Shown one piece after another: positions 1-9,511 of a DNA stretch of 64,000 nt. Below the pieces are notes generated by a model. That model had not been told where the DNA came from. It searched no databases and saw only the letters and a program-made list of their open reading frames with translations. The position numbers and the translations under genes are program-made. Positions within the stretch are counted from its first letter, which is position 1, and each line of letters starts with the position of its first letter. The stretch is from the sequence record PV037725.1, one strand, 5' to 3'.

Positions 1-2
1 TA

Positions 3-1850
3 CTCAGTCTGAAAGGCGCCGACGGTAAATCCGCGTATGACATCGCAGTAGAAGAAGGTTTCGTAGGTGACGAAGCTGCCTGGTTAGCCAGCCTTAAAGG
101 TTCAAATGGCCAATCAGCCTTCCAACTGTGGCAGGCAGTTCCAGGTAATGAAGATAAGACTGAGAGTGAGTTCTTGGCTAGCTTGGTGGGCGCTGATGGT
201 AAATCAGCTTATCAAGTATGGTTGGCACTTCCGGGCAATGCGGGTAAAACTGAAGCTGACTTTATTGCCAGCTTGAAAGGTACTCAAGGTGCCGCTGGTC
301 TGTCGGCTTATCAAATCTGGCTGAACGCTGGTAACACTGGTACAGAAGCACAGTTCCTTGCTAGCCTGAAAGGCGCTGCGGGTACGAACGGCACCAATGG
401 TACTAACGGTAAAGATGGCGCAGCTATTAATGTTGTGGCTACCATTACCCAAGCCGAGTTTGACCAAATCGTAGCGGATGGTGATGCCTTAATTGGTGAC
501 GCTTATTTCGTTGACGAGTTCATGTACGTCTACAACGGTACTGATTGGGTTAAATCACCTTCTCTGAAAGGCCCAACTGGTTCTGGTCTGAACTACCTCG
601 GTGTTTGGCCAGATGCACAGCAGTTACCAACAGGTCCGACTTACAACGCCGGTGATACCTACATGTGGCGTTCTAACATGTGGACACTGATGTTGCAACC
701 TACTCGCGCTTGGGTCGCTACTGGCGTACCTGGTCCACAGGGTAAGTCTGCATTCCAAGTGTGGCAAGAACTGCCAGGCAACGCTGGTAAAACTGAAGCC
801 GAATTTATCGCTGCACTGAAAGGTGAACAGGGTATTGAAGGTCCAGATGGTCCGGAAGGTGAATCTGCTTTCCAAGTTTGGCAAGCGATCCCAGGAAACG
901 AAGGTAAAACCCAAGCGCAGTTCTTCGAAGCACTGACTGGCGCCCCAGGTGAATCCGCATACGACATCTGGCTGGAACAACCAGGGAATGAAGGTAAGAC
1001 TGAGGCCGAGTTCCTCGCTAGCCTGAAAGGCGCTGATGGCACCAACGGTACTAATGGTATCGACGGTGAGAACGCTGTAGCCTTTACCATTGAAGGTCAA
1101 CTGGCTGACGTATCGGAATTACCTCGTCCAGGTAATGCCACCAAAGCCTACTACGTCGGTCAGAATCTTTACGTTTGGATCGACTCGAAGGACGACTATG
1201 AGAACCTCGGTTCTCTGAACGGTGCTTCGGCTTACCAGATCTGGTTGTCTCAACCGGGTAATTCTGGTACTGAAGAGGACTTCCTCAACTCCCTGAAAGG
1301 TAAGTCTGCTTACGCCTTGGCCGTAGAAGAAGGTTTCGTAGGTAGTGAGACCGCTTGGTTGGCTAGCCTGAAGGGTACCGACGGCACCAATGGTACTAAC
1401 GGTACTGATGGTACGGACGGTCGCAACCTGCAAGTCAATGGGCAACAGGCTAATGAAGCGGCTATTAAGGCACTTCCATCTCCAGCTGACCAAGATGCTT
1501 GGGTCGCCGAAGACACTGGTAATCTGTGGATCTACAACGGTACCGAATGGATCGATGCTGGTCCTTTCCGTGGGGCTGCTGGTGAGAATGGTAAGTCTGC
1601 TTACGAACTGTGGGAAGAACAAGCTGGCAATGCTGGCAAGTCCGAAGCAGAGTTCTTAGCTAGCCTGAAAGGCGCTGATGGCACCAACGGTACTAATGGT
1701 ACTGATGGCGTGGATGGCCAGTCAACCTACGAGCTGTGGCTTGAGCAACCAGGTAACGCTGGTAAGTCAGAAGCAGAGTTCCTTGAATCTATCAAGGGTG
1801 CCGCTGGTAAGGACGGGACTAATGGTACGAACGGTACCAATGGTCGTAAC
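3..1850 (+). repeat. Intragenic ~35-aa repeat array; includes an identical 43-nt copy pair at 1017-1059 and 1659-1701
   Basis: GCTAGCCTGAAAGGCGCTGATGGCACCAACGGTACTAATGGTA occurs twice exactly; degenerate copies near 360 and 1363. Confidence 0.9.
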
Positions 1851-3359
1851 GTTGTTATCAAAGGTTCCGTAGACGATGAAGCCGCCCTCGGCACTATCGT
1901 CAACCCACAACAGCAAGATGCCTACACCACTCGTGATTTGGGTATCCTGTTCATGTACATTGGTACTACCTGGACTAACCTCGGTCAGTTCCGTGGTGAC
2001 CAAGGTATTCAGGGTGAACAAGGCGTAGCTGGTCAAGGTTTGATCATCGTTGCTGAAGTTGAGTTGTTGACTGATCGTCCATCTCCAGCTACGCTAGAAC
2101 CAGGTCAAGCTGTATTCGTACTCGAAGATCATCGCCTGTATCAGGTGAATGACGCTAACGTTTACGGTCCAGGTATCTTGATCCAAGGTCCACAAGGTGA
2201 AGAAGGTCCTGAGGGTAAACAAGGTGCGACTGGTACATCCATCAGCATCATGGGCTCTTACGCCAACGCAGCTGACCTGATCGCTGCACACCCTACTGGT
2301 AATCCCGGTGAAGGTTATCTGGTTGGTAACGACCTGTACCTCTACGGTGTGAACCCAACTGGTGGTGCTACAGAATGGTTTAACGCTGGTCAAGTTCGTG
2401 GCCCACAAGGTGAGCAAGGTGTTCCAGGTCCTCGTGGCTTGCGTGGTCTCATCGGTGAAACTGGTCAACGTGGTTCGCTGTGGTTGGTTCTTCCACCAGG
2501 CGTTGACACTCCTACTGCTGACTACGGTCGTCCAGGCGACTGGGCTGTCAACTCGCAGTTCGATTCGTTCTATCGCGATGAAGCAACTGGTTGGGGTCTC
2601 ATCGGTCGTCTGGTTGCAGGTGACGTTAACTCGCCACTGCCAGGTCTGGGTAAAGTGGTCCGTGAAGGTAATCAGTGGGTTGCTCTGCCAATCGACGAAG
2701 TACCATCTCCAACAGTTGACGCTCAATACGTACGTAAGGGTGTTACTGGTGGTAAGACTGAGTGGGCTCTATTGTCCATCCCGTCTTCGGGTATTCCAGA
2801 TGTACCAGCTAGCACCACTATCCCACAAGGTCGTACTTCGGCTGGCTGGACTGCGGTAATGGCTGCTCCAACTGGTCAAACCGCTGGTCGTCGCTACGAA
2901 CTGTTGAACGGTGCATGGACTCAGTCGGCTGTTCAGGCTGCTGCTCCTTCTACTGTTGATACCGCACTGTGCTACTCTGTAACATCAGCTGGAGTCGGTT
3001 CGTGGGTTGGTGTAACATTCGATCGTTACTCGTTGAAACAGGATACAGCTGCCCGTCAAGGTGCATTCACTCCTGACTTCGCGGTACAACAGACCTTCCG
3101 TATTAACGGTGGGACTGGTTCGACTGCTACTGCTGTAACACTGCCAGCTGGCGCTACTGCACGTACGATGTTGGCCGTGTTTGTAGTCGAAGGTAATACT
3201 AACAAGTTGTCCTTCGTGGCTGGTACCGGTACCCCTACTCTGGGTTACAACAACGGTGTTGCTGCGGCAGATATCGAGTACGGCGCTACCCAGACTGTGA
3301 TTACTGCATTCTGGAACGGCTTCGGTACTTGGATCATCTCCAAAGGTCCATCGTTCTAA
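3..3359 (+). CDS. Tail fibre protein with collagen-like and GKSAY repeats (phiKZ gp145/146-like); 5'-truncated
   Basis: Frame is open from nt 3 (LSLKGADGKSAYDIAVEEGF...), so the true start lies upstream of the window. Many GKSA(Y/F)xxWxxxPGNxGKTEAEFLASLKG units, (GTN)n and G-x-y triplets, and a distinct C-terminal domain. Confidence 0.85.
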   Translation, partial: LSLKGADGKSAYDIAVEEGFVGDEAAWLASLKGSNGQSAFQLWQAVPGNEDKTESEFLASLVGADGKSAYQVWLALPGNAGKTEADFIASLKGTQGAAGLSAYQIWLNAGNTGTEAQFLASLKGAAGTNGTNGTNGKDGAAINVVATITQAEFDQIVADGDALIGDAYFVDEFMYVYNGTDWVKSPSLKGPTGSGLNYLGVWPDAQQLPTGPTYNAGDTYMWRSNMWTLMLQPTRAWVATGVPGPQGKSAFQVWQELPGNAGKTEAEFIAALKGEQGIEGPDGPEGESAFQVWQAIPGNEGKTQAQFFEALTGAPGESAYDIWLEQPGNEGKTEAEFLASLKGADGTNGTNGIDGENAVAFTIEGQLADVSELPRPGNATKAYYVGQNLYVWIDSKDDYENLGSLNGASAYQIWLSQPGNSGTEEDFLNSLKGKSAYALAVEEGFVGSETAWLASLKGTDGTNGTNGTDGTDGRNLQVNGQQANEAAIKALPSPADQDAWVAEDTGNLWIYNGTEWIDAGPFRGAAGENGKSAYELWEEQAGNAGKSEAEFLASLKGADGTNGTNGTDGVDGQSTYELWLEQPGNAGKSEAEFLESIKGAAGKDGTNGTNGTNGRNVVIKGSVDDEAALGTIVNPQQQDAYTTRDLGILFMYIGTTWTNLGQFRGDQGIQGEQGVAGQGLIIVAEVELLTDRPSPATLEPGQAVFVLEDHRLYQVNDANVYGPGILIQGPQGEEGPEGKQGATGTSISIMGSYANAADLIAAHPTGNPGEGYLVGNDLYLYGVNPTGGATEWFNAGQVRGPQGEQGVPGPRGLRGLIGETGQRGSLWLVLPPGVDTPTADYGRPGDWAVNSQFDSFYRDEATGWGLIGRLVAGDVNSPLPGLGKVVREGNQWVALPIDEVPSPTVDAQYVRKGVTGGKTEWALLSIPSSGIPDVPASTTIPQGRTSAGWTAVMAAPTGQTAGRRYELLNGAWTQSAVQAAAPSTVDTALCYSVTSAGVGSWVGVTFDRYSLKQDTAARQGAFTPDFAVQQTFRINGGTGSTATAVTLPAGATARTMLAVFVVEGNTNKLSFVAGTGTPTLGYNNGVAAADIEYGATQTVITAFWNGFGTWIISKGPSF

Positions 3360-3364
3360 GACAA

Positions 3365-3402
3365 CATATTGCCCCTCCCGTAAAGGAGGGGCTTTATGCC
3401 GT
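3365..3402. terminator. Bidirectional hairpin terminator between convergent genes
   Basis: CATATT-GCCCCTCC-cgtaaa-GGAGGGGC-TTTATGCCGT. Confidence 0.8.
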
Positions 3403-4127
3403 TACTTACCGTGTACGTTTATAACGCTGAAATACTTTGCATCGATAAACTCAAAGTCCATGTGCAATAGGTTCAGCATTCGGAACGCGGTTAACGCCGC
3501 TTGCTTCTGATCAACTGGTGTCTCACTGACGTCCTGTTCAAAGATCTTAGGTGCAATGAAATTGAAACAGTTCAGCTTAACCTTTTCAAGTTCAGTGCTA
3601 TGTAACTTAATCCATTCTGGGAAGTCATACATTACACAAGCTGCAAAGTTCTCATTCATCAACTGTGGAGTAAGTTGAGTCATAGGGATACTTACTAACT
3701 CGACTGACAACGATTCACCATACAACTGATGCATGATATCTTCAAGCCAATCGATCTCAACTGAGTTCAGCTTATATGGCCAGTAGTTAACAGTTAGCCC
3801 CACTGAGGTCATTGGGTCAGCCATCTGGTTAAGACGGTTGATATGATCGTCTGTCAACAACCTCAAGATAAACGGTACGATACCTGTACGGATAGACCCA
3901 GCAAGCGTAGCTTTGGTATTATCACCACCGCGCTCCGCGTAAGCAACAGCAAACTCTTCGTTGGTGATGAGGCCACCGCTCAGCACACTCCAGAAGTCAT
4001 TTTCACGTATCCAGTATTCTGGATTACTGATTACGGCGAGTGCCGCATCTGGATTAACGCGGTTGATCGTACCCAAGCGGGTATCTAGATGGATGTCTAG
4101 TGGTGTTAGGATACGTTTAATCTGCAT
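3402..4127 (-). CDS. Hypothetical protein (conserved-type phiKZ-like gene)
   Basis: 241-aa ORF closely packed in a minus-strand operon. Confidence 0.7.
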   Translation of the reverse strand: MQIKRILTPLDIHLDTRLGTINRVNPDAALAVISNPEYWIRENDFWSVLSGGLITNEEFAVAYAERGGDNTKATLAGSIRTGIVPFILRLLTDDHINRLNQMADPMTSVGLTVNYWPYKLNSVEIDWLEDIMHQLYGESLSVELVSIPMTQLTPQLMNENFAACVMYDFPEWIKLHSTELEKVKLNCFNFIAPKIFEQDVSETPVDQKQAALTAFRMLNLLHMDFEFIDAKYFSVINVHGK

Positions 4128-4131
4128 TTAC

Positions 4132-4602
4132 TTACCCCTTACCATCGGCAGGCTTATATTCAGCAGCAGTTTCAAGTACTACGCGCATGTTAGTAGTCGC
4201 ATAGATAACAAAGAACAACCAGTAGTTGTCCTTTAAGATCTTAGCCAATGTGGTTTGATCGACAGCCTTACCAATTGTCTCATCGTCGACAATCATACTC
4301 GCTGAAGTAAACGGAATAAGTCGATTAACCATTTGATCGATGACTGTATCAATATCGTCTACACCCTGTAAGAAAGTAGCCGTAGTACTAATCAGAGTTT
4401 GTTGCATCGAGGCTGGTGCACGCAGCTTTTCCCACACGTATTTCTCAACGTACTTGGAATCCATCATGATCAAGTTGAGATCTGAGCGAATACTATCAAA
4501 TACTTCAATGAGTTTTGTACTGTGAATAAGATCCTCGCTGAGGAACAATTCATGAATGGCTTCAACTAAAGCCGCTCGCATCTGTTTGTTAGCTTCGTAC
4601 AT
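4132..4602 (-). CDS. Hypothetical protein
   Basis: Start moved to ATG 4602 (MYEANK...), 1 nt after the stop of the upstream gene; the longer ORF overlaps beta-C. Confidence 0.65.
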   Translation of the reverse strand: MYEANKQMRAALVEAIHELFLSEDLIHSTKLIEVFDSIRSDLNLIMMDSKYVEKYVWEKLRAPASMQQTLISTTATFLQGVDDIDTVIDQMVNRLIPFTSASMIVDDETIGKAVDQTTLAKILKDNYWLFFVIYATTNMRVVLETAAEYKPADGKG

Positions 4603-4603
4603 A

Positions 4604-5278
4604 TTAAACCAAGTTGTTAGCCAAGTGCTGAGCCTTGAGATATACCGAGAGAGTCTTGTTTGACTTAACGGTAGAATCGAACTCAGACATAATGGAGTTA
4701 ATGGAAGCTTCACCAGTTTCAATGATGGAGCGGTTCATAGCCAAGTAAGCATCTTCATCACCACCACGACATTTGATCAATTCACGGATCATACTGTGCA
4801 GACCTTTAGATGCGTTCACCTGAAGCTCTGGAGCGGACAATCTAGCGCCTTTAGAGTCGCCAGTAGGCTGACCTGTACGTTGATCGACAACGTGGTTAGA
4901 AGAAGGGATAGAGGCCTTCTTGACAAGCATCTGTACTTGTCTACGGAACGGTACAATACCCACCATGTGTTTGTTGGCAGTTCGGTACACTTGACCAGTT
5001 TGTTGGTCAGTAAGGATCAGATGCTGGAAAAGTTCAAACTCAAGCTCATCGGCAATCTCATAGATGCGAGTCATCTGCAATGTTTGTTCTTGCAGGTTAG
5101 GTGCATAGAGAGCCATGATCTCAACATCGGATTCCAGATTGGTAATCCACTGCTCGAACTCTTTGTCAGACATCCGTTCGAACAGTTCTTCGTACACCTT
5201 CCCGTTATTAGAACCGGGAAGGAATTTCTCAATAAAATAAAGGGCCTCTTTTTCAGCGGCCTTACGATCAGTTGCCAT
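4604..5278 (-). CDS. rpoB: Virion RNA polymerase beta subunit, C-terminal fragment (phiKZ gp149-like)
   Basis: RRQVQMLVKK...VDQRTGQPTGDSKGARLSAPELQV aligns with the beta C-terminal [28 protein letters not shown] region; expected position in phiKZ-like gene order. Confidence 0.8.
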   Translation of the reverse strand: MATDRKAAEKEALYFIEKFLPGSNNGKVYEELFERMSDKEFEQWITNLESDVEIMALYAPNLQEQTLQMTRIYEIADELEFELFQHLILTDQQTGQVYRTANKHMVGIVPFRRQVQMLVKKASIPSSNHVVDQRTGQPTGDSKGARLSAPELQVNASKGLHSMIRELIKCRGGDEDAYLAMNRSIIETGEASINSIMSEFDSTVKSNKTLSVYLKAQHLANNLV

Positions 5279-5299
5279 GTGCTAGCTCCAGTTAATGAT

Positions 5300-5626
5300 T
5301 CATAGGATAGAATCTTTGGACTGGCACTGATACATTGGAGCGGCAGCTGTATCGGTGCAAGCTGGTAATCTACGCTTACTTAAGTAAGGGAGAACATTGG
5401 CATTGAAACTAGTTATCCAATGGTCGAACGAATCTGTGTCCAGTAGAGCAGACCTGACTTTAAGTGTGTCAGCAGCGTACTGGGCGATCATGCCATGAAA
5501 GAAATTGTTCAGGCAAGCAATAGTGGAACAAGAACCCATCCGTCGATAGACGTCTTCAGATAGTTCAACGTCACGGCTTCGCAAAGTCGTAACTAATAGC
5601 ATTTTATAATCAGGTTGGATACTCAT
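5300..5626 (-). CDS. Hypothetical protein
   Basis: 108-aa ORF in operon. Confidence 0.6.
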   Translation of the reverse strand: MSIQPDYKMLLVTTLRSRDVELSEDVYRRMGSCSTIACLNNFFHGMIAQYAADTLKVRSALLDTDSFDHWITSFNANVLPYLSKRRLPACTDTAAAPMYQCQSKDSIL

Positions 5627-5634
5627 ACGGAAAC

Positions 5635-5982
5635 CTACTTTATCTCACCACGGTAGATACACTCCGTGTGTTTGTCTAAAAACTTAACTAATAAATGTCG
5701 GTGACAAAATTTGCCACGTGGGCAGTAACAACCGACAGCCAATACTTCTACATTAAATAGCTCATCAAAGTATTCTGGAAATTCGATGAGCCTTTCCTCT
5801 AGCAACCTGTTGTAGCCCTCGGTGTATTCGGCTTCAGTTCCACCGTTGTACTTATAAGCTGTCAACAGTTCCCACGTGGGAGCTAACATCCAATCACCGG
5901 ACTTAATTGTGGTGTCCATGTAAGGAACACCTAAGTCTCTAACCTTCCGCCATTGTGACAGCTGATAAGTATAAACTTCCAT
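5635..5982 (-). CDS. DUF488-family protein
   Basis: LAPTWELL...Y...Y..LL and LAVGCYCPRGKFCHRHLL motifs typical of DUF488 (CYC...CHR). Confidence 0.7.
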   Translation of the reverse strand: MEVYTYQLSQWRKVRDLGVPYMDTTIKSGDWMLAPTWELLTAYKYNGGTEAEYTEGYNRLLEERLIEFPEYFDELFNVEVLAVGCYCPRGKFCHRHLLVKFLDKHTECIYRGEIK

Positions 5983-5984
5983 GA

Positions 5985-6848
5985 CTATGCCTCGTCAACA
6001 CCATACTTAGCTTCGTATTCAACGTGAGTTAAAGCTTCAATCAGATTACCATCGTCATCGAATACTTCAAACTGTAGTTCTCCACCACCGTACACAACAC
6101 ACACGGGTAGATACTTAGACTTGACTACCTGTTTAACCTTACGTTGTTGGCGGGCCTCGATCAATGGGTCTAACACACTGTCCAGTTTTACTAGATCTTC
6201 AGTAGACAGTTCACCCAAAGCATCGATAATACCGTCCAAGCTACGGTAGTAAGCCGTACGGTCATCATAACGTAAGCGAGGTCGTTCGCGATCTTCCCGT
6301 GTAAACCAACGAGGGCATGGTACCTCACCAGCCTTAATGATCCTTGGATTACCCGCAGTGTCAAGAATAATGTCACCTTTACGATGCTCAAAGATGATTT
6401 GTTTAACACCATCAATTTCAGCAACTACAATCTTACCACTAGTCTCCCGTTTAGGGATATCGCGGTAATAGCGTTCATATTGAATCTCTGGAATGGCATT
6501 TTCGATTACTTTACCCTCAGGTTCACGTGGGATATGGGTCTCGTTACCATGGCCGTCAATTTCAATTGGCATGTCTACTTCCTTAATCGGGATTGCTCGG
6601 TTGGCGTAGTTGAGTCTCAAGTCACCTTTACGGTGCTTAATAGTTGTTCTAAAACCAAAGATGTAGTTGTATTCATCACGAGTGTAACGCTCGTGTTCGG
6701 TAGAGCACCACGGTACAGGCTTCATATTTTTGTCAAGCACCGTTTCACCCACCACTACTTCATGGGGTCCCCGTCTTGCAACTCGATGATACTCATACTT
6801 TCTAGGCGGTATTGCAATTAACCCACCAGCTCCGATTTCATAGATCAT
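5985..6848 (-). CDS. Hypothetical protein with two HRKGD motifs
   Basis: ATG 6848 preceded by AAGG (GTG 6878 is an alternative); KHRKGDLRL and EHRKGDIILDTAGNP. Confidence 0.65.
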   Translation of the reverse strand: MIYEIGAGGLIAIPPRKYEYHRVARRGPHEVVVGETVLDKNMKPVPWCSTEHERYTRDEYNYIFGFRTTIKHRKGDLRLNYANRAIPIKEVDMPIEIDGHGNETHIPREPEGKVIENAIPEIQYERYYRDIPKRETSGKIVVAEIDGVKQIIFEHRKGDIILDTAGNPRIIKAGEVPCPRWFTREDRERPRLRYDDRTAYYRSLDGIIDALGELSTEDLVKLDSVLDPLIEARQQRKVKQVVKSKYLPVCVVYGGGELQFEVFDDDGNLIEALTHVEYEAKYGVDEA

Positions 6849-6904
6849 AACTAGCCTTTCGCTTAGATAGATCCGCACCGTAGCGCGGATCAGTGTCTGT
6901 ATAC

Positions 6905-8389
6905 TCAGGCGGCTTTGGTTTGGGTCGCAGTGCCCTTAGCAAGCGCCAGAGGAGTGATTGCTGCTTTCTCGGCATCAGTCATCCAGTAAGGTTTGTAAAG
7001 ACCCTTACGCATGCGCATGAGGTCGTAGGTGGAAAGGAACTTCTTCTCAACGAGATGTTCATCTTCTTCACACATCCAGTAACCGCGAGTTTTGTTAAGG
7101 ATCACATCCCAATCATAACCCATCGCCTTCAGGTCTTCATACAACGCTTTAGGTGTGCAGACTTCTTCTGGATTGTCGGTAGGACCAGAGGTAGGCTCAA
7201 GTACCCAGCGTTGGAATACCATCAGTTGCAGCATCTCAGATTGGATCTCAACAGCACGACGAAGTGCAGCAGACTCTTCCAACTTCTTACGTACGGTAGT
7301 CCGCGAGAGTTTCAGATCTGGTACCAGCTCAACGAAGTAGTTCATCAGGTTACCACCAATACCCCAATCCGCTTCTTTGCAGTAGTCGAATTCGGACAGA
7401 GCTGGTTTGATACCTTCAGACTGAGCTACCAGAATGTTGAATGGCAGGTCAGAGATACCGTTCTTACCCCGCAGGTTCTTGATTTCCAGGCAACGTAGGT
7501 CAGAGTCACCTTGAATAGCGGTAGCATTATCCAGAGGGTACTGTGGCATCTTGTCTTTGTTAAGCAATGGCTTGTTAGACAAAATTTCCCAGACGTTGTT
7601 AGGGAGCGAGTAGAAGCCGTTAGACACACCAGCAATAGTTGTACCTTTCTTTTGCCCAGACAACTTACGTTTGTCAGCAGCATACGGGTCCATCTCAATC
7701 ACGTCAGCAACGTGAGCGGTGAGTAGCATGTAGGTGTTAGACTTCGCACACAGTTGTGGGAGCTGACCGAACAACTGAGCCTTAGCTTTACCGTTAGCCA
7801 TAGCGTCCATGTTCAGACCACCGCTACCGATAGCGTGCTTGTCGTACATCGTAGCTACAGCACTAACTTGGAACTTGGAGAACGAGTCAATGAACCCAAC
7901 TGTTGGATACAGGAACTTCTTAGAGTTACCATTGATATCCAAGAACGGTGTAGTGCGCAGGTAGGTCTTGGATTCTTTCTCTTTGACACCCAGCGAGTCA
8001 CGGAACAGCTTGAAGAACTCATCACCGCTGTAACGGGACAAGTCGGTAAAGGTAAACTGTTCGTCATTGATCCAATCAATCTCACGGAGTTCATCGTAAT
8101 GCTCACCAATAGTCGCCAGACGACTGTATGGGGCAAGTGTACCTTCTGTATCGTAAGTCAGTGCATAGCTGCCTGGGAAGGCACGTCGAACCATTGCAAG
8201 CATGTACATGCAGATGGCTGACTTAAAGTTGTTTGGACGAGAGCTAACGCCGGTCAGCGACCCTAATCCACCGTTGAGAATCATCTCACCGTGTTTACCT
8301 TGTTCGTATTTACCTGTTGGGATATCCATCAGGCCCCCGATATTCAGTCCAGGACGGAATGCCGGTTTTTCAAAATGGTTTGCAAACAT
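6905..8389 (-). CDS. uvsX: UvsX/RecA-like recombinase (phiKZ gp152-like)
   Basis: LTGVSSRPNNFKS P-loop variant, TYDTEGTL, FIDSFS Walker-B-like, MLLTAHV, IKNLRGKNG; synteny. Confidence 0.8.
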   Translation of the reverse strand: MFANHFEKPAFRPGLNIGGLMDIPTGKYEQGKHGEMILNGGLGSLTGVSSRPNNFKSAICMYMLAMVRRAFPGSYALTYDTEGTLAPYSRLATIGEHYDELREIDWINDEQFTFTDLSRYSGDEFFKLFRDSLGVKEKESKTYLRTTPFLDINGNSKKFLYPTVGFIDSFSKFQVSAVATMYDKHAIGSGGLNMDAMANGKAKAQLFGQLPQLCAKSNTYMLLTAHVADVIEMDPYAADKRKLSGQKKGTTIAGVSNGFYSLPNNVWEILSNKPLLNKDKMPQYPLDNATAIQGDSDLRCLEIKNLRGKNGISDLPFNILVAQSEGIKPALSEFDYCKEADWGIGGNLMNYFVELVPDLKLSRTTVRKKLEESAALRRAVEIQSEMLQLMVFQRWVLEPTSGPTDNPEEVCTPKALYEDLKAMGYDWDVILNKTRGYWMCEEDEHLVEKKFLSTYDLMRMRKGLYKPYWMTDAEKAAITPLALAKGTATQTKAA

Positions 8390-8510
8390 TTTTGAGTTTT
8401 CCTTTAGAGTGTATAGACTACATAAGGAATGAACTACGGTAATTTAATGCACTTATTCTATGTTAACAGTGTCGCGACTGTGTTTAATCAATTTAACAAG
8501 GTACCTTGAA

Positions 8511-9467
8511 ATGAAATATGGCAATTTGAGTAAGTACATCAAAGAGGTTGGCGTTAAACCCGGCCCTAAAGCTAGTCAGGAAGATTATCTCGAAGAGGAA
8601 GTTGTAGCGGATGGCACAGCTCATCTCAACGCTGACACAGCCCCACTGGGTATCGACGATACGCCAGACAACGCTTTGTTCAAACAGCTCCACACCATCT
8701 CTACAGAAGCTCTGGCAATCGGTAACTTTGCACGGTACTTCTCCCGTAAGGCTGATGCACTAAGTATCGCTGTGCAAGAAGGTTTCAAGTACCTGACCAC
8801 GTATAACTACGAACCAATGGAAACCCTACATCCATTGCAGATGTCTAATTACACCGAGACCTTGGACTTCATGGATCATGAAGACCTTAAAGTTCCACAA
8901 CCTACCTCTTTCAAAGGTGAGTTACTCCCTTACACCGTGTTACTGATGGAACGTGCTCAGACCATGAATAAGGTTCTGACTAATGTTATCCAACCAGCCA
9001 CTACTCGCTTTGGCCACTACCTCAGCTTGCCTATGGATCGCGCAGAACGTCGTGACTTTGAATTCGGTATCAACATCCAAGACGACCGAGATAAGATGAA
9101 CAAGGAAGACGCTAAGCTGTTTGGTAGCAATCGTTCCAGCTCCGCATCGTTGGGTAACCTGTTCAACTCGTTCTCCGACTTTGTAGAGGCCGAACGTAAC
9201 ATGTTGGTTGTGAAGTCTACCATGGGTGAAGGTGGTATGGATTCAGTGAAGAAAGCTGTACAAGCTTTGACTATTACGGCATCTGCTCTGATTAAGCGTT
9301 TAGGTGAAGATGCTCAGAATCGACCATCTAATGAATTCGTTAAGATGATCTCGGATCAACTGACTGAAGTAGCTCGTTGGGTAGAATGGTACGCTGGACA
9401 AATGACTCGCATCATCGAGACTAACAACGCGCTGTATGAAGTAGAGAAAGAAATCCTCAAGCTGTAA
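8511..9467 (+). CDS. Putative virion head protein (phiKZ gp153-like)
   Basis: ATG 8511 (MKYGNLSKY) after an AT-rich divergent intergenic region; acidic N-terminal segment; ends at terminator. Confidence 0.6.
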   Translation: MKYGNLSKYIKEVGVKPGPKASQEDYLEEEVVADGTAHLNADTAPLGIDDTPDNALFKQLHTISTEALAIGNFARYFSRKADALSIAVQEGFKYLTTYNYEPMETLHPLQMSNYTETLDFMDHEDLKVPQPTSFKGELLPYTVLLMERAQTMNKVLTNVIQPATTRFGHYLSLPMDRAERRDFEFGINIQDDRDKMNKEDAKLFGSNRSSSASLGNLFNSFSDFVEAERNMLVVKSTMGEGGMDSVKKAVQALTITASALIKRLGEDAQNRPSNEFVKMISDQLTEVARWVEWYAGQMTRIIETNNALYEVEKEILKL

Positions 9468-9508
9468 CGACATAAAGCCCTCCCGCTAAGGGAGGGTGTT
9501 TATGCTGT
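9468..9508. terminator. Bidirectional hairpin terminator
   Basis: ACGACATAAA-GCCCTCCC-gctaa-GGGAGGGT-GTTTATGCTGT between convergent genes. Confidence 0.8.
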
Positions 9509-9511
9509 GAT

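Noticed and set aside
1-1850. Direct repeats resembling a CRISPR or DGR template
   Set aside because: Repeats are in-frame protein-coding units with no unique spacers; no cas or reverse transcriptase gene; differences between copies are not adenine-specific.
204-2859. Numerous alternative-frame ORFs inside the tail fibre
   Set aside because: By-products of the repeated Gly-x-y and GTN codon patterns; no independent starts or motifs.
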